Source: Marsupella aquatica (taxonomy: Eukaryota > Plantae > Marchantiophyta). Taken from it: DNA of 64,000 nucleotides. Within the stretch, counting starts at the first letter, position 1; each line of letters begins with the position of its first letter. Made by a program: the position numbers and the translations under genes. Positions 10,929 through 21,960 of the stretch are shown here, one piece after another. The notes below the pieces were generated by a model. It was not told where the DNA came from and did not search any database. It was given only the letters and a program-made list of their open reading frames with translations. The stretch covers positions 8,105,251 through 8,169,250 of the forward strand of contig OZ316892.1 in assembly GCA_973895155.1 (NCBI GenBank), read 5' to 3'.

Positions 10929-12510
10929 TGTTAATTGTGATTAGCCACAACTCTAATATCTAGCATATAGAGGAGCTAGAGAGAGATCCTCTTGGACAAT
11001 CGTGCTCATAGCAAGCTAGGTGCTTGGAGGAGCATTCTTGGAGAGCTTGTGCTATATATGCTTGGTCTGGCCAACGATCTAGAGTATAATAAGCTCTTGT
11101 ATATTTCCATGGACGTAGCCTCAACGGATGTGAACCACATATCTCTTGTTGTAGATTATGCATGCTTGCTGGTTGTCCGTGCTCTTGTGATCGTGTTGCC
11201 TGTGGTTTTCCCAACAATTGGTATGAGAGCGAAGCTTGGGTGATGACAATTTGGATCGATTTCAACAAGGTGGTGACCGACAAGATTGAGTCTCCCGAGG
11301 GTCTCAATGTGTGGATGTACAAGGGGGGACTTTGAGGAGGACTAATTAAGCTCTTAGAAATCAGAAGTTTCATCAATTTCTTGATTTGACAGTTATTTAT
11401 GGTTCTTGGATTGAGTTTTTGTTGAATTTTTTGAGTCAGTGGTGTTTTTGTTTGCAGTGGACACCTATGAATGGTGTTTGACTGTAGGCAGCAGAGGCAG
11501 GGGAAGAAGGCTTGCCCTTTCGGTGGGCATAACATTGAAAACGGACAAGTGGCAACTTTGCAAGGAGGATGTGAAGATTTTTTGGATTTCCTTAAGCTAA
11601 GGTGTAGAGGAAAAGGCAGTGGATGTTATCTTTGACATTCTGGTTGCAGAGAATGTTGATGGGACTAAGAGGTATATTTTAGTGGAAGCTTGAAGTGGTG
11701 AGGTCATTTCAAGCCCAATATTAACAGGTGTGATGGCAAAGGAATCAACAAAATTGATTTGCAACAACTAAGTGTGCGATGGTGATGACATTTCTTCTTG
11801 GGCGAGTGAGCCAAGACGTTTCTTCAAAAAAACACAGCAGCTTGGCGGTACCAGTTGAGCTCCCGTTGAGTTGCATCAACTGGAGGGGAACAAAGGGAGC
11901 ACCATGTCTACTCTTTCTTGGATTTCTTGGATTTCAAAAATTTGGTTATAAGTACTTTAATGTTCTTATAAGTCTCAAAATTGGATTCAAAAGACCCTAT
12001 TGTTCTTCTGAGAAAATTATTAAGCCTTCCCTTTGAACCAATAAAATGACCTGCATGTGATGTGTCATTTTTGTGAAAGTGAAACCCCCAAGTTTACAAC
12101 ACTCCAGAAAAAGTATCACCAGAATTAGCTATCAAATCGGCTCTTCACATCAATTGCTAAAGCCCGCGCTAAAGCTGATGAGCTTCAAGATGAAGGAAGG
12201 ATGGTACAAGAATCCAGGATCACATTGAGGCATTCAATTCAATGACCTATTAGTGGATCTCACAAATCTCAGTGAGAAGTTGTTTGATGAGAGGAAAACG
12301 CTACACTTGTTGAGTTCATTGTCAGCATTTTATCAATCACTATTGCGGGTGCTACCTCACCGTGATAAGAAGACCATCACCTACAATGAGGTGGTGAGTG
12401 TGCTCAATCATGACTAATGACTTGCAGCAGAAGTTGATGATGTCACCTCGACCATCATCAAACACTGCCTTACATGTGAGTAGGGGAAGGTCCAAAAGTA
12501 AATACAAAGG
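10929..12510 (+). mobile_element. Truncated, decayed Ty1/copia LTR retrotransposon (5' LTR end, PBS, gag pseudogene)
   Basis: LTR-like end ...CCCAACA at 11216. PBS TGGTATGAGAGC at 11219-11230 has 1 mismatch to the tRNAiMet PBS TGGTATCAGAGC. Frameshifted gag UBN2-like peptide LKLMSFKMKEG/DGTRIQDHIEAF/NDLLVDLTNLSEKLFDERKTLHLLSSLSAFYQSLLRVL at ~12170-12350. The LTR 5' boundary is approximate. Confidence 0.85.
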
Positions 12511-14019
12511 ACTCAACCAAGGAGCTAGGTATGGAGGATTTCACACGTCAAGGACGTACTCAATCCCGTTCTAGGACTTGGGCAAGAGTTACCATGACTT
12601 ATCTCCATTGAATTGTTACCATGAATTATCTCCGGCTCTTTGTTTTCAATGAAATTGAAAATGTCCTACCTACCATAAAAACCCACTTCATTCAAATTGT
12701 CCATTTAATCTTTGTCCTCTCATTTCCATATGCATAAGTATTCCAATTTGCAACTCTAAATCACTCCAACTAGTTGAATAACATCAAGCTTAATTACACA
12801 ACCAAGGGGTCAAACCCATATTCCATTTGATATGGCTGCAATTGTTTGAGCGTGGGGATAATTCATGTGTTTGGGGCTAATAGAAAGGGCATGCATAACA
12901 TGGAGCACAAAAGGATCATGACATTCAAGCACTCAGGACTCATAAACTAAAGGCATGCTTGACTCGTCACATGGACTACCTAAGTTAAGGCTCACTCAAC
13001 TCTAGCTTCATTCTTCTTCCACCTGTGCCCTGCCTCCCTAAACTTCTAGTTACAATTCTTTGATGTGAACCTGAGGTTTTACAAGCACCTTTTCTCCCCT
13101 GTTTAGAATACATGTCGAAACAGGAGAGAAACTGCCTAGTAACGAAGCCAAAGCGTTGTAGAAAATCGAAGTCGTTGCTCATTGAAGAAGCCAAAAGGTT
13201 GTGGATAATGTAACTGCTACTTTAGTTTTATTTTATTTTATTTGGGGGTTGCTAATTAGTTGATCTGTAGCGAATGAGGTGTTTGAAACAAGATTGCTGT
13301 AGCTTGGAATTAATCAAAGGTTGGTCCCTTAGTTCGTGACTTTATTGGATTCCCATTGGTCTCCAGATGGCTGGAAGAAACTAGTCCCGGACACTACTTT
13401 GAGATAACCATCGTGGATATAATCTTGGGTGATTCCCAATCAAGGAAAGTTTGGGGATAAGTGCATGGATAAAATCCAATCAAGGAAAGCTGGAAAGAGT
13501 CGGGCCAGGTTTCTATCTTGATTTAGAACATGATCGCCTACTAATAAAAGAAAGAGCCTAGTCAATATGCACAGTAAATCGGGTGTTAGCGAGTAACTCT
13601 GCAATCAAACAAAATTGTGTCAGGAGCTTCTTGGTGGCACCAGCTGGATGTAAGTGATTCGGAGAAGATTATAGCGAATAGATTATATGTCGCCCAAAGC
13701 CACATGACACACATGATCCATAAAGTTGAGCAGATGGGCAATATTTGAGTTACAACATTAAGTGTCCTTTGGTGGCTATTAAGTCACACTATCACACGCT
13801 AGAGCAATTGTTCCCACATCACGTGTGGTTACATATTGAGTTTCTACTCTAGTATATTTTTTTCTCCATCCCATATACTCGATACCCCCTATGGTGGAAT
13901 CTCTCAGCATTATCTTTCGCCAAATTTTTGTCTCAATTTTATTACTTCTTTGAGAAGAGCCATTGAGAGGTGTTTGTCTTACAGGTTCTACTCCAACTTT
14001 TGTTGGCTAATCAAAAATA

Positions 14020-14098
14020 TATACACATACTTTTTACAGAAAAGGCCAAATAGAGTACAAAAGAATAAACAAGAGAGGTCCCAAGTGGACAAAACCAT
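14020..14098 (+). repeat. Dispersed repeat fragment, homologous to 32884-32953
   Basis: ATATACACA...AAAAGGCCA...ACAAAAGAATAAACAA.AGAGGTCCCAA.TGGACAAAACCA is present at both loci. Confidence 0.8.
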
Positions 14099-14259
14099 TT
14101 TCTGTAATGAAGTTTGAACAACTGATGCCCTTGCGGGACCCCCAATTAGGCCTGAAGGATGGTTTATCAGCACAATTTTGCTTTTCAACTTACAATTATT
14201 TTCAGTTGAATTAAAAGTGCTCTCAAGGAACATGTTACAATTGTAAATTAGTTAACTCT

Positions 14260-15450
14260 CTATCAAAATTTCCATTTGGGAGCAAGCTCTATTGAGCCTA
14301 ACCCTTCTCGGTACAAGCCAGCAAAGGGATGACTGGACCGTAAAGGTGATAAAAGGTCCTCCCAAAAATATGTCATAGAGATAATTGACTGCCCTCCAAT
14401 CTGAAGAGGAGGTGGACGTGGTACATAAGAACTATGACGACACTGGGCGGGCATCAAATTTTGTGATGTTGGTGGCGTGATAGGTTGTGGCATCCAGTGT
14501 CCACATCAGCATTTTTAAATTCTTACCTCAAAATATTGTTGGCTACTTTGACAAAAGATATTTTTCCAGGAAAAATTGCCAAAACTGGAGTTCAATCCGG
14601 TGGCCACTCACCACACTCCTGAGGAGCCAGGGCATGAAGCTCCCGCTTCCTCCCACCGCCCCCTGCAATAAAGTCCCAAATGGACTGTCGCCAGAGTGGC
14701 CCCTACCACACAAATTCCTTTAAAGAAATGCTGGTCCACATGTACCACGAATTAAACATGATGAAAAATGCACACAGGAGTTAATGATAACATGGTACCA
14801 CAAGACAGGTCTCTTATAAAACTTGATAATGACCTGAAGCGAGTGTATGCCAAAATCATTCCAATTGAGCTCGTGCACTTTGAAAGAAAACTACTCAAAA
14901 ATATGTGGACACTTTGGCAAATGTACCCATAGCCCCAAAGCGGTCCGTACGGTTCAAAACAGGGAGTGGCATTTGGGGGTATGGATTTATAGTGCTTGGC
15001 CCTCTTCAAGCTGGAGGCTGTCGTCTCCGACCTATCCAAGATTCCCTCGTAACAACCCCTAAATTCCTACTATTCTCCAAATCAATTCTAAACGGGTGCA
15101 GCTCCAAAAAACTGTGTACTTAATTTGTAAAAGGCAAGAGATTATTAGACTTAGAGTCAGAAACTAAGATGGCGTAAAGACCAAATCATAGATTATTCTA
15201 CACTTGCACGGACCTTAAGTAGATTCGTTTGGGGGGCATAGGAAAATAGACAAAAAGCACTATAGAGAAGGATCTGCTGCTGGTGACACTAAGTGCTTCA
15301 ATATAATAAATTGAGTCACATTTGTTATATTTCTTGGGACGTAATGTGTCCCTTGCCTCTTCGGGCATATATGAGACAAAAGCCAGGTTGACTAGGAAAT
15401 ATAGTTTTATTTCTGAAAAGGGAAACCGCCTTTGAGCAAGCAATGCAACT
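14260..15450 (+). mobile_element. Possible heavily decayed LINE (non-LTR) ORF2 3' region
   Basis: Broken frames with LINE-like pieces: PIxRGGGRG, WSSIRW, and HRLFYTCTDLK resembling the zf-RVT H-L-F-x-x-C motif. Many stops and frameshifts. Confidence 0.35.
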
Positions 15451-18400
15451 AGGGATATTGTTGTCTCCTAAAGAAGTATGTCCTTTTGCAGCTTAGAAGT
15501 GGCCCTACGTGCCACACATGAATAGTCAGAGTCAACTTTGGTATTGTTTACTTTGTAGTTGTTTGGGGTCTATTGCTGTATGACTCAAAATTTGGGCTGG
15601 GCCATTCCGTCGCGGAATGACTCTTATGGCGAAAAGGCCAAGCCCAGGCTGATGTAGGGGGCTTTGAAATTTCTGGATTTCAATTGTTTTACGCACCGGG
15701 AGACAAGTACTGTGGGGAAAAGAGAGAAGCTCATACCTGCGTGCGGTGGCCTGCTTTCCTAGAGAACCACACTGGGCAACATTTAGGCCCAAACGTCACC
15801 AGGACACATTAAAAGCCTGCAACCACAGTGTGTGGACCTGCCCTGGGGGTGCTGCACAATGTTAAGGCCGAGTCTGCCCAAACCTTACTCAGACCGCTGG
15901 GAAACGCCAGCCCACAGTTGAGACCCCCTATTAGAGAAGAATCTTGAAAAATCAAATTGTCAAGTGTGAAGCTATGCTGGTGACGTAAGCTTAGTATTTC
16001 TTGCTAAGGCGAGGTGCAAGCCTGAGGTTTATGATACACTTTTAAAAGTAATCAGATGCTTGAAAATCTCCAAGCAGCTATCCCTGTGCTTGAAAGATGT
16101 GGAAACTCGAGGGTTTATGGAATGTTCTTAAGAGTGATATCAATGTTTGTAGAAGCCGTTTGAAAATGGGATAAGTATGACATTTCAAGTGTTTTCGAAT
16201 GATGTAGCTTTTTGTAAACATGCTTTTCTCATTTTTCTCGTTCAAAATGATTAAAAACCATGGAATCTATAGAAAGTCTTAACTACCTATGATTTAGTAC
16301 CTATATACGGATTAAAGTTGGGAGGGAAGATCTTGACATGATCTCCTGTCTCTACAAAATGTAATCACTTGCGAGGAGGTTTTCTCCCTGCAATCACACT
16401 TTTTTTTACCACCAAAAGAGACATATTTTGATTCCCAATACCTGCCCCATTTCTATTTCACATGGACGATTCCATCACAATGTGGAATCCAGCACATGTC
16501 CCCAGTTTGGACCCCTCAGTTGTTATTCCAAAAGTACTCCTCCCATATAGACAAGGATTGGTAGACAATCTGTCAAAAGATCCCATAAATTATATTTCAA
16601 TCTTCTCTTTCCAATCATTGAGTTCGGATAATGATCGTTGAGATGCCTGAAACAAATTCATGTGATGGATCACATGATTTATTCAGTTTCTTGGTGTCTT
16701 CTTCTAAAGAGACAGTTCACTGTGTGTAAGTGTACTATATTATGGTGCACTCCCCATATCGAAAGCTCAGATCCCTATGCGTTGCAAAGCGGTGGTCTTC
16801 TTGTTTGTTTATAGTGTGTCACGTTAAGCAAACGTATTCACACGTAACTAAAATTATATAAAAGAATTCAAATCTGTTATTGCCTTTTCAGAGAGCTTAA
16901 CCCACTTGTAAACTATATTTTTTCTATAATTCGAAGATTTAGGTTCTTCCTTTGTATTTGGTGTATGTCTATATCAGGATCTCTCTGGTGAATTTTTAAA
17001 ATCTCCTCCATGGTTTAAGTTTAACACCTCAGCCTCGTGAAAGGGTATTAATGTACTCTAATTCATCCCCTGCCACCCCAACCCAGAAAACAAAGCACAT
17101 TGGGCTGAAGTTGTTTGCAAGGGCAGAGCAAATCAGTATAGGAAAACTGCCACAAAATGCAGAATGTTTTAAGGTTTAAGTTTGCGAAGTCCTCAATAGA
17201 AGGAGAGGAAGGTTTTTAAGTACTGATAGTTTTTTCCTAGCTCAAACTGCTAAACGCCTAGCTCAAAGTAAAAGACAGCTCAAAGTGCCAAACACATTAT
17301 CATTCTTGTATTCACTTTGACAAGCTAAATGTCATTCTTGCTCGTGTTGATCTAGACATTTGTCTGTTAAGGTCACTCCCTACAAATTTCTACTTGCACT
17401 GCCACACCTCTGAATGCTGCAATTTGACATACCCATTGTCGTTACTGTTCAGAGTGTAACTAATATGGGTCTCTGGACGAAGACTATGAGGCTCATTAGC
17501 TATGGCGAAACGAACATGACGACCTGGCCAGTTCGCGCATCTTGGTCAAAGGGTGAAGATGGCGGCATTCGTTGGTACGTCTTCCGTTTTTCGTTTGCGT
17601 TCTCTTTCCATTTCTCTTATGTTTTTTGTGGGCCAATGGTAGTACTCCTCTTACCCCAAGACACTACGCAAAGGTGATGATTCATGATGCTGGCTGAAAG
17701 AAAATATCTCCAAGCAACTGGGGATTGCTGTAGAAGGACTGCCTAGCTAGTCATGTTGACGTGGTGAATTGAAAAGCTGAAATTTGGATTTCAGGCTTCA
17801 ACAAGCCACTTTTTGGATGGCCCACAAAGTTCCATAGACTTAATGAGAAGTCCTGATGAACTGAACAAAGTGTGATGCCCATAGTGTTCAATGAATATGC
17901 CCTAATTCTGTGCCCCAGAGGCTAAATGCCTTGATTTCAAGATGCTTAATCAGTCAGAATGATGTAGGCATGAGATCTGCCTCTCAGTCAAGAAATCTAA
18001 TCATAATGACGACCAAAACGCTAACAACTACTGCAAATTCTGGCAAAAAGTGTCATGCGCAGGAATCATTTTTTTCCCCCTTTGATCCACGAAAGCCACT
18101 CAGACTTCGCAGGAATAGTTTAAGGTTCGTTCGAGGCCTCTATCTTTTCATGCCAAGGGAAAAATTTCGAGTGCTCACGGTGGACACTCCACATGTTATA
18201 CATCCAGTCCCATTTTATGCAAGTCATTGCATACAATTTATGTAATCGTGGATTTGAATATACACAATTTCATTTTTGTGCCTCGCCTATGATAAATCTA
18301 CTCGTAAATGAAATGTGACAGAAGAATGTTGCCACAACTTAATGCTTCTACATTCGGCTAATATGGTGAACATTACTTCAATTAATTTCAAGGAACAGCA

Positions 18401-19193
18401 TCTTGGCTTGTCAATTGATTATTTTACTCGATTTTGGAGTCAATATACCCGGCGTCAATCATCCATCTCGAAGATACACAGTTCACACCTATAGTTTGCT
18501 TCTGGAAATGTGTTTTTGGAGAAAAAAGTGGATACCTTCGTACTGAGCTTGCTTGATCTCCAGATGGTACATAGCTTTCAATAGTGAAGGCGATTAGCAT
18601 GTTTTCGTGTTCCAGCCTCGTAGTTTACCGTGTGATGACACTGGTCCCAACATTGCATATGACTCAATTGGACTGCGAATTAGAAATTGGCTCACCATGA
18701 ACTAGCTTATGGATGGATCTCAGCCCTACATGTTGAAAGTAAACTTAATCTTGGCAAGATAGATACTGCAACATAATCGAAGATTAATAGATGATGCGGA
18801 GATTATGCACAGATATAGAGAGGCCAGAGCTGTAACTAGGACGTTTTAGAAAGCTGATTATATGCACCATAAGCTTTCTCATGGATGGACCTAATTCCTC
18901 GGTGTTTACAACGCCGTAAATTTTGGTAATATATTGCACCAGTAAAGATGAAGACATTCGAAGGGGAATTTAGTAGATATAGATCTTTTCGTAGGTGCAG
19001 AGACTAGTACAAGATAGAGCGCTACATATTTAAGAGATTGTTCAACGCTGTCACTTTATTGTTCAAAATGAGGTTATTCTCATTGTATTGTACAGTGTTG
19101 AAATCATGAGAAAAACAAACATGAAATTGTTATCAACCAATTGATCTTCGCTCGATATACCATACATCACAGACAGCGTTTCGCCAGACCAGA

Positions 19194-20790
19194 CTTGATG
19201 ACAGGAGATTCTGAGACAACAGAGGTCACAAGTAAAATTGTGAAGGACTGAGGATCAATGATTCCACAAGCCAACACTGGACACACCCGGGTTATTCAGA
19301 AGCTGAGGATTCGTGAGACCATCAAGGCGGATATGGGTGACACCTGCGTGTTTCAAAAGCAGACGATCAATAATGCCTCCAAAGTAACCTAAGTCATATC
19401 TTATTTATTTACGATCTGAGGATACATGATTGTCTTTAGCAAAATGACGGTTACATCGGGTTTGCTCAACAGCTGAGGACGGATGATTCCTATAAGAAAA
19501 TTATCTGTCATATCTAGTTCCACCTTGGCTTAGGGCTAATGATTCTCCCGGGCAAGCATTCGTCATATATCTATACCTCCACAAGGGCTGGTGGCTAATA
19601 ACTAGTTCACATCCGGTCCTCAACAATGGTTGGTGATTGAAAGACAGCTCATTTAGTCATCCGAATTGGCAGAGAACAAAATAATTCCTCTGAGCAAGTG
19701 TCTATCACTTTTTTCAGGAGGAGCTGGACAGTAACTGTTTGCTCCAACAGGAAAAAGGAAAAATGATTCCCTTGGCAATCATCCTTTCCTTCTAATCTTC
19801 AACACTAACACTTCTCGGTTACTCCAGGTAAAAGTCCATCACATCTTGTCCTCCATATGCGCTCGGGGACAAAGAACTCCTATCAGGAAAACTACAGACA
19901 ATTACTGTCCGCATAGGAGTCGATCGATTTCTTCATTGCCAACAATCATCGTAGTTTGTCTTCCACATTGGCAGAGGACAAAAGGATTCATCTCAGCAAA
20001 CACCCAACAACTACAGACTTCCAGAGTAGCTGCCCAATTCCCCCCTTGCGAGAAAAATCATACTGGACTTCCACACGAGCATAGTATATAATTTTTTCCT
20101 CCTGCAAATACCCATGATTTTGTTGTTCCTTAAGAGAACTTAGGACAACCGGTTCCTTCGAGCCAGAATCCTGATCCCATCAAGTCTTTCACATGGGCTA
20201 CTGAAACAGGTCCGATAATACATCTGAGGAAATTTCGACCACATCTTGATTCTTCCATAAGAGCTGAGTACGAATTATTCCTCTCAACATCCATCCATCC
20301 ATCCCCTCTGAATCTCAATTCTAAGGAGAAGCTGAGGACGAATCATTCCAGACTTCATGCAGTATGACTCCAAGGAAGGATTCTACCATGAAAGGCTTCC
20401 AATCAAACTTGACAGCACATCCGCCATTGATTCTGAGCTGGGTTAGCTGAGGACAAATGATTCCCACCCACAACTGAACCTTCCATAGCATATGACAAAT
20501 GATTCCATTGAGCAGGCGACACTCAACCACATCCACGCTCCCCAAATTGAATCCACGAATGACAAGTGCCTGCTTTGGTGGGCACTCTCTGAAACTTATC
20601 GTCATTCAAAGAGATTCTCTCTAAATTGAAATTTCATCCACTTTTTCCAACTCAATTGACAAATGATTCCGTGGGTGTGGTCCTGAAAATCAGAAATCAA
20701 GGCTGCATATGAAGCAGGTTTTCGTTCTATCGTTTGAGAATCATGACATCACATTGATCTTCAGGATGATGAAATCACTTTGATTCCTCT
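19194..20790. repeat. Degenerate minisatellite-like array, ~56-bp period, core GCTGAGGACAAATGATTCC
   Basis: Core variants at 19247, 19302, 19359, 19415, 19472, 19528 and 19587 (periods 55-59), continuing irregularly at about 19861, 19971, 20262, 20331, 20446 and 20490. A second internal motif, GTCA(C/T)ATC-like, recurs between cores. Confidence 0.75.
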
Positions 20791-21107
20791 GACCAGGGAG
20801 GAGGCCCTCTCGGTGTTCGAATCTCGCGTCCTCTCCTTTTGGCACTGGGACCCTTCAATTTTTTCTTGCATCTCGAGTGTTTTTGACAGGACGTTGGTCC
20901 AAACTGGACTGTTCCCTGTTTTATGGACCTGGATGTTTTACGTGAATGAGGTGGATTTTCATAAGACATCGCAGTGATCTCCTGTAGCACGGTATTTTTG
21001 GAGCCAAAATGATTCGTTTTTAGTACCTATGATGATTGCGTGATGATAGGCGATTCCCCAAAGTAGAACTCATCATTGCTTGATGATGAGTGTTCGTCCC
21101 CCTCGGA

Positions 21108-21262
21108 AATTTAGCAGAATAAAACTCTCATTTAGAACCAACTAATTTAGCAGAATAAAACTCTCATTTAGAACCATCTGGCTTTGGTAGTCAGTTGGCC
21201 AGAGAATGAGCCTAGAACCGAGAGGTTGGTAGTCAGTTGGCCAGAGGATGAGCCTAGAACCA
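21108..21262. repeat. Two adjacent short direct duplications at a SINE 5' end
   Basis: AATTTAGCAGAATAAAACTCTCATTTAGAACCA x2, followed by TTGGTAGTCAGTTGGCCAGAG(A/G)ATGAGCCTAGAACC x2. Confidence 0.9.
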
Positions 21263-21470
21263 AGAGGTCCCAGGTTCAATCCTCCCACCACACGCAAGGG
21301 GTGTGGAGGATGTGTGTGGGTGGGGTGTAGTGGTGGGAGTATTGATTATCCCCTCAACCCCTAGCTGGCTGTTTTGGGGTTCTGGTTTAATCTTCTCTCT
21401 TTCCTGGTCTGGTCCCTGTAGGATCCCTGGATATCGTCCCCTTGTGGTTACCCTACATAGAAATGCATGT
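21224..21470 (+). mobile_element. tRNA-derived SINE, copy A
   Basis: Box A-like TGGTAGTCAGTTGG and box B GGTTCAATCC at 21273. The GT-rich body and tail (GGGTGTAGTGGTGGGA.TATTG...CTGGTTTAA...TTACCCTACATA) are shared with the copy at 55214-55850. Confidence 0.75.
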
Positions 21471-21489
21471 TCCAAAGCAGGACGTCTAT

Positions 21490-21960
21490 GGGCCTGCTTT
21501 CAGTTTTCAAGGCAAACAAAAAAAACTCTCATTTACACTTCATCACATGTGTTTTTATTTTGGGGTGGTGTTCTTGACTGGTGATGCTCCAATCTTGTCT
21601 TTTTACAGCATTAGTTTGTGCATTAGGGGACATGGTCATTGCAGATCCCACTGGTGAGAGCCTTGTTGTGATAGCTGCCCACATAACGGGTAGCCAAGTT
21701 AGGACAGCTCAAGTAGGAGGCATATGCTGCTCATTATCATGGTGATTTATTTTACCCACTTGCTTTGAAGGACTTTGGGCTTTGACTGTTTCCTCCATGC
21801 ATGCAAGGTCTTTTTTGTAAGGAGGAGACATTGTTCCCATAGTTTCTGTCTTCATTGCCCTCTTTAGATAGTAAGCGTTTGTTGCACTTCAGAGTGCTCA
21901 GGCATTCACTGTTTTGTGGAGGCCGGGGGTTGTTGGTTTTAGGGTTTCCCAGACAAATTC
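21490..21960 (+). mobile_element. 3' end of a decayed CRE-like non-LTR retrotransposon (restriction-like endonuclease domain)
   Basis: Frameshifted peptides LGDMVIADPTGESLVVIAAHITG / LGQLK*EAYAAHYHGDLFYPLALKDFG / ALQSAQAFTVLWR. These match the recalled RLE motif order DVVIADP..K..Y..D.F.PLA.E.FG..ALQRAQA. Confidence 0.7.

Noticed and set aside
18320-18680. KDZ/Zisupton transposase assignment (CxH...NM/GE...YD)
   Set aside because: It needs a frameshift and the motif spacing is too long. Kept only as an unidentified relic.
19194-20790. CRISPR-like repeat-spacer interpretation
   Set aside because: The cores are degenerate, the linkers share internal motifs rather than being unique spacers, there are no cas genes, and the context is eukaryotic.
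21224-21290. tRNA gene (also 55214-55280 and 55869-56115)
   Set aside because: Box A/B-like motifs are present, but I could not build a full cloverleaf. The sequence continues into a shared repeat body, so these are SINE heads.
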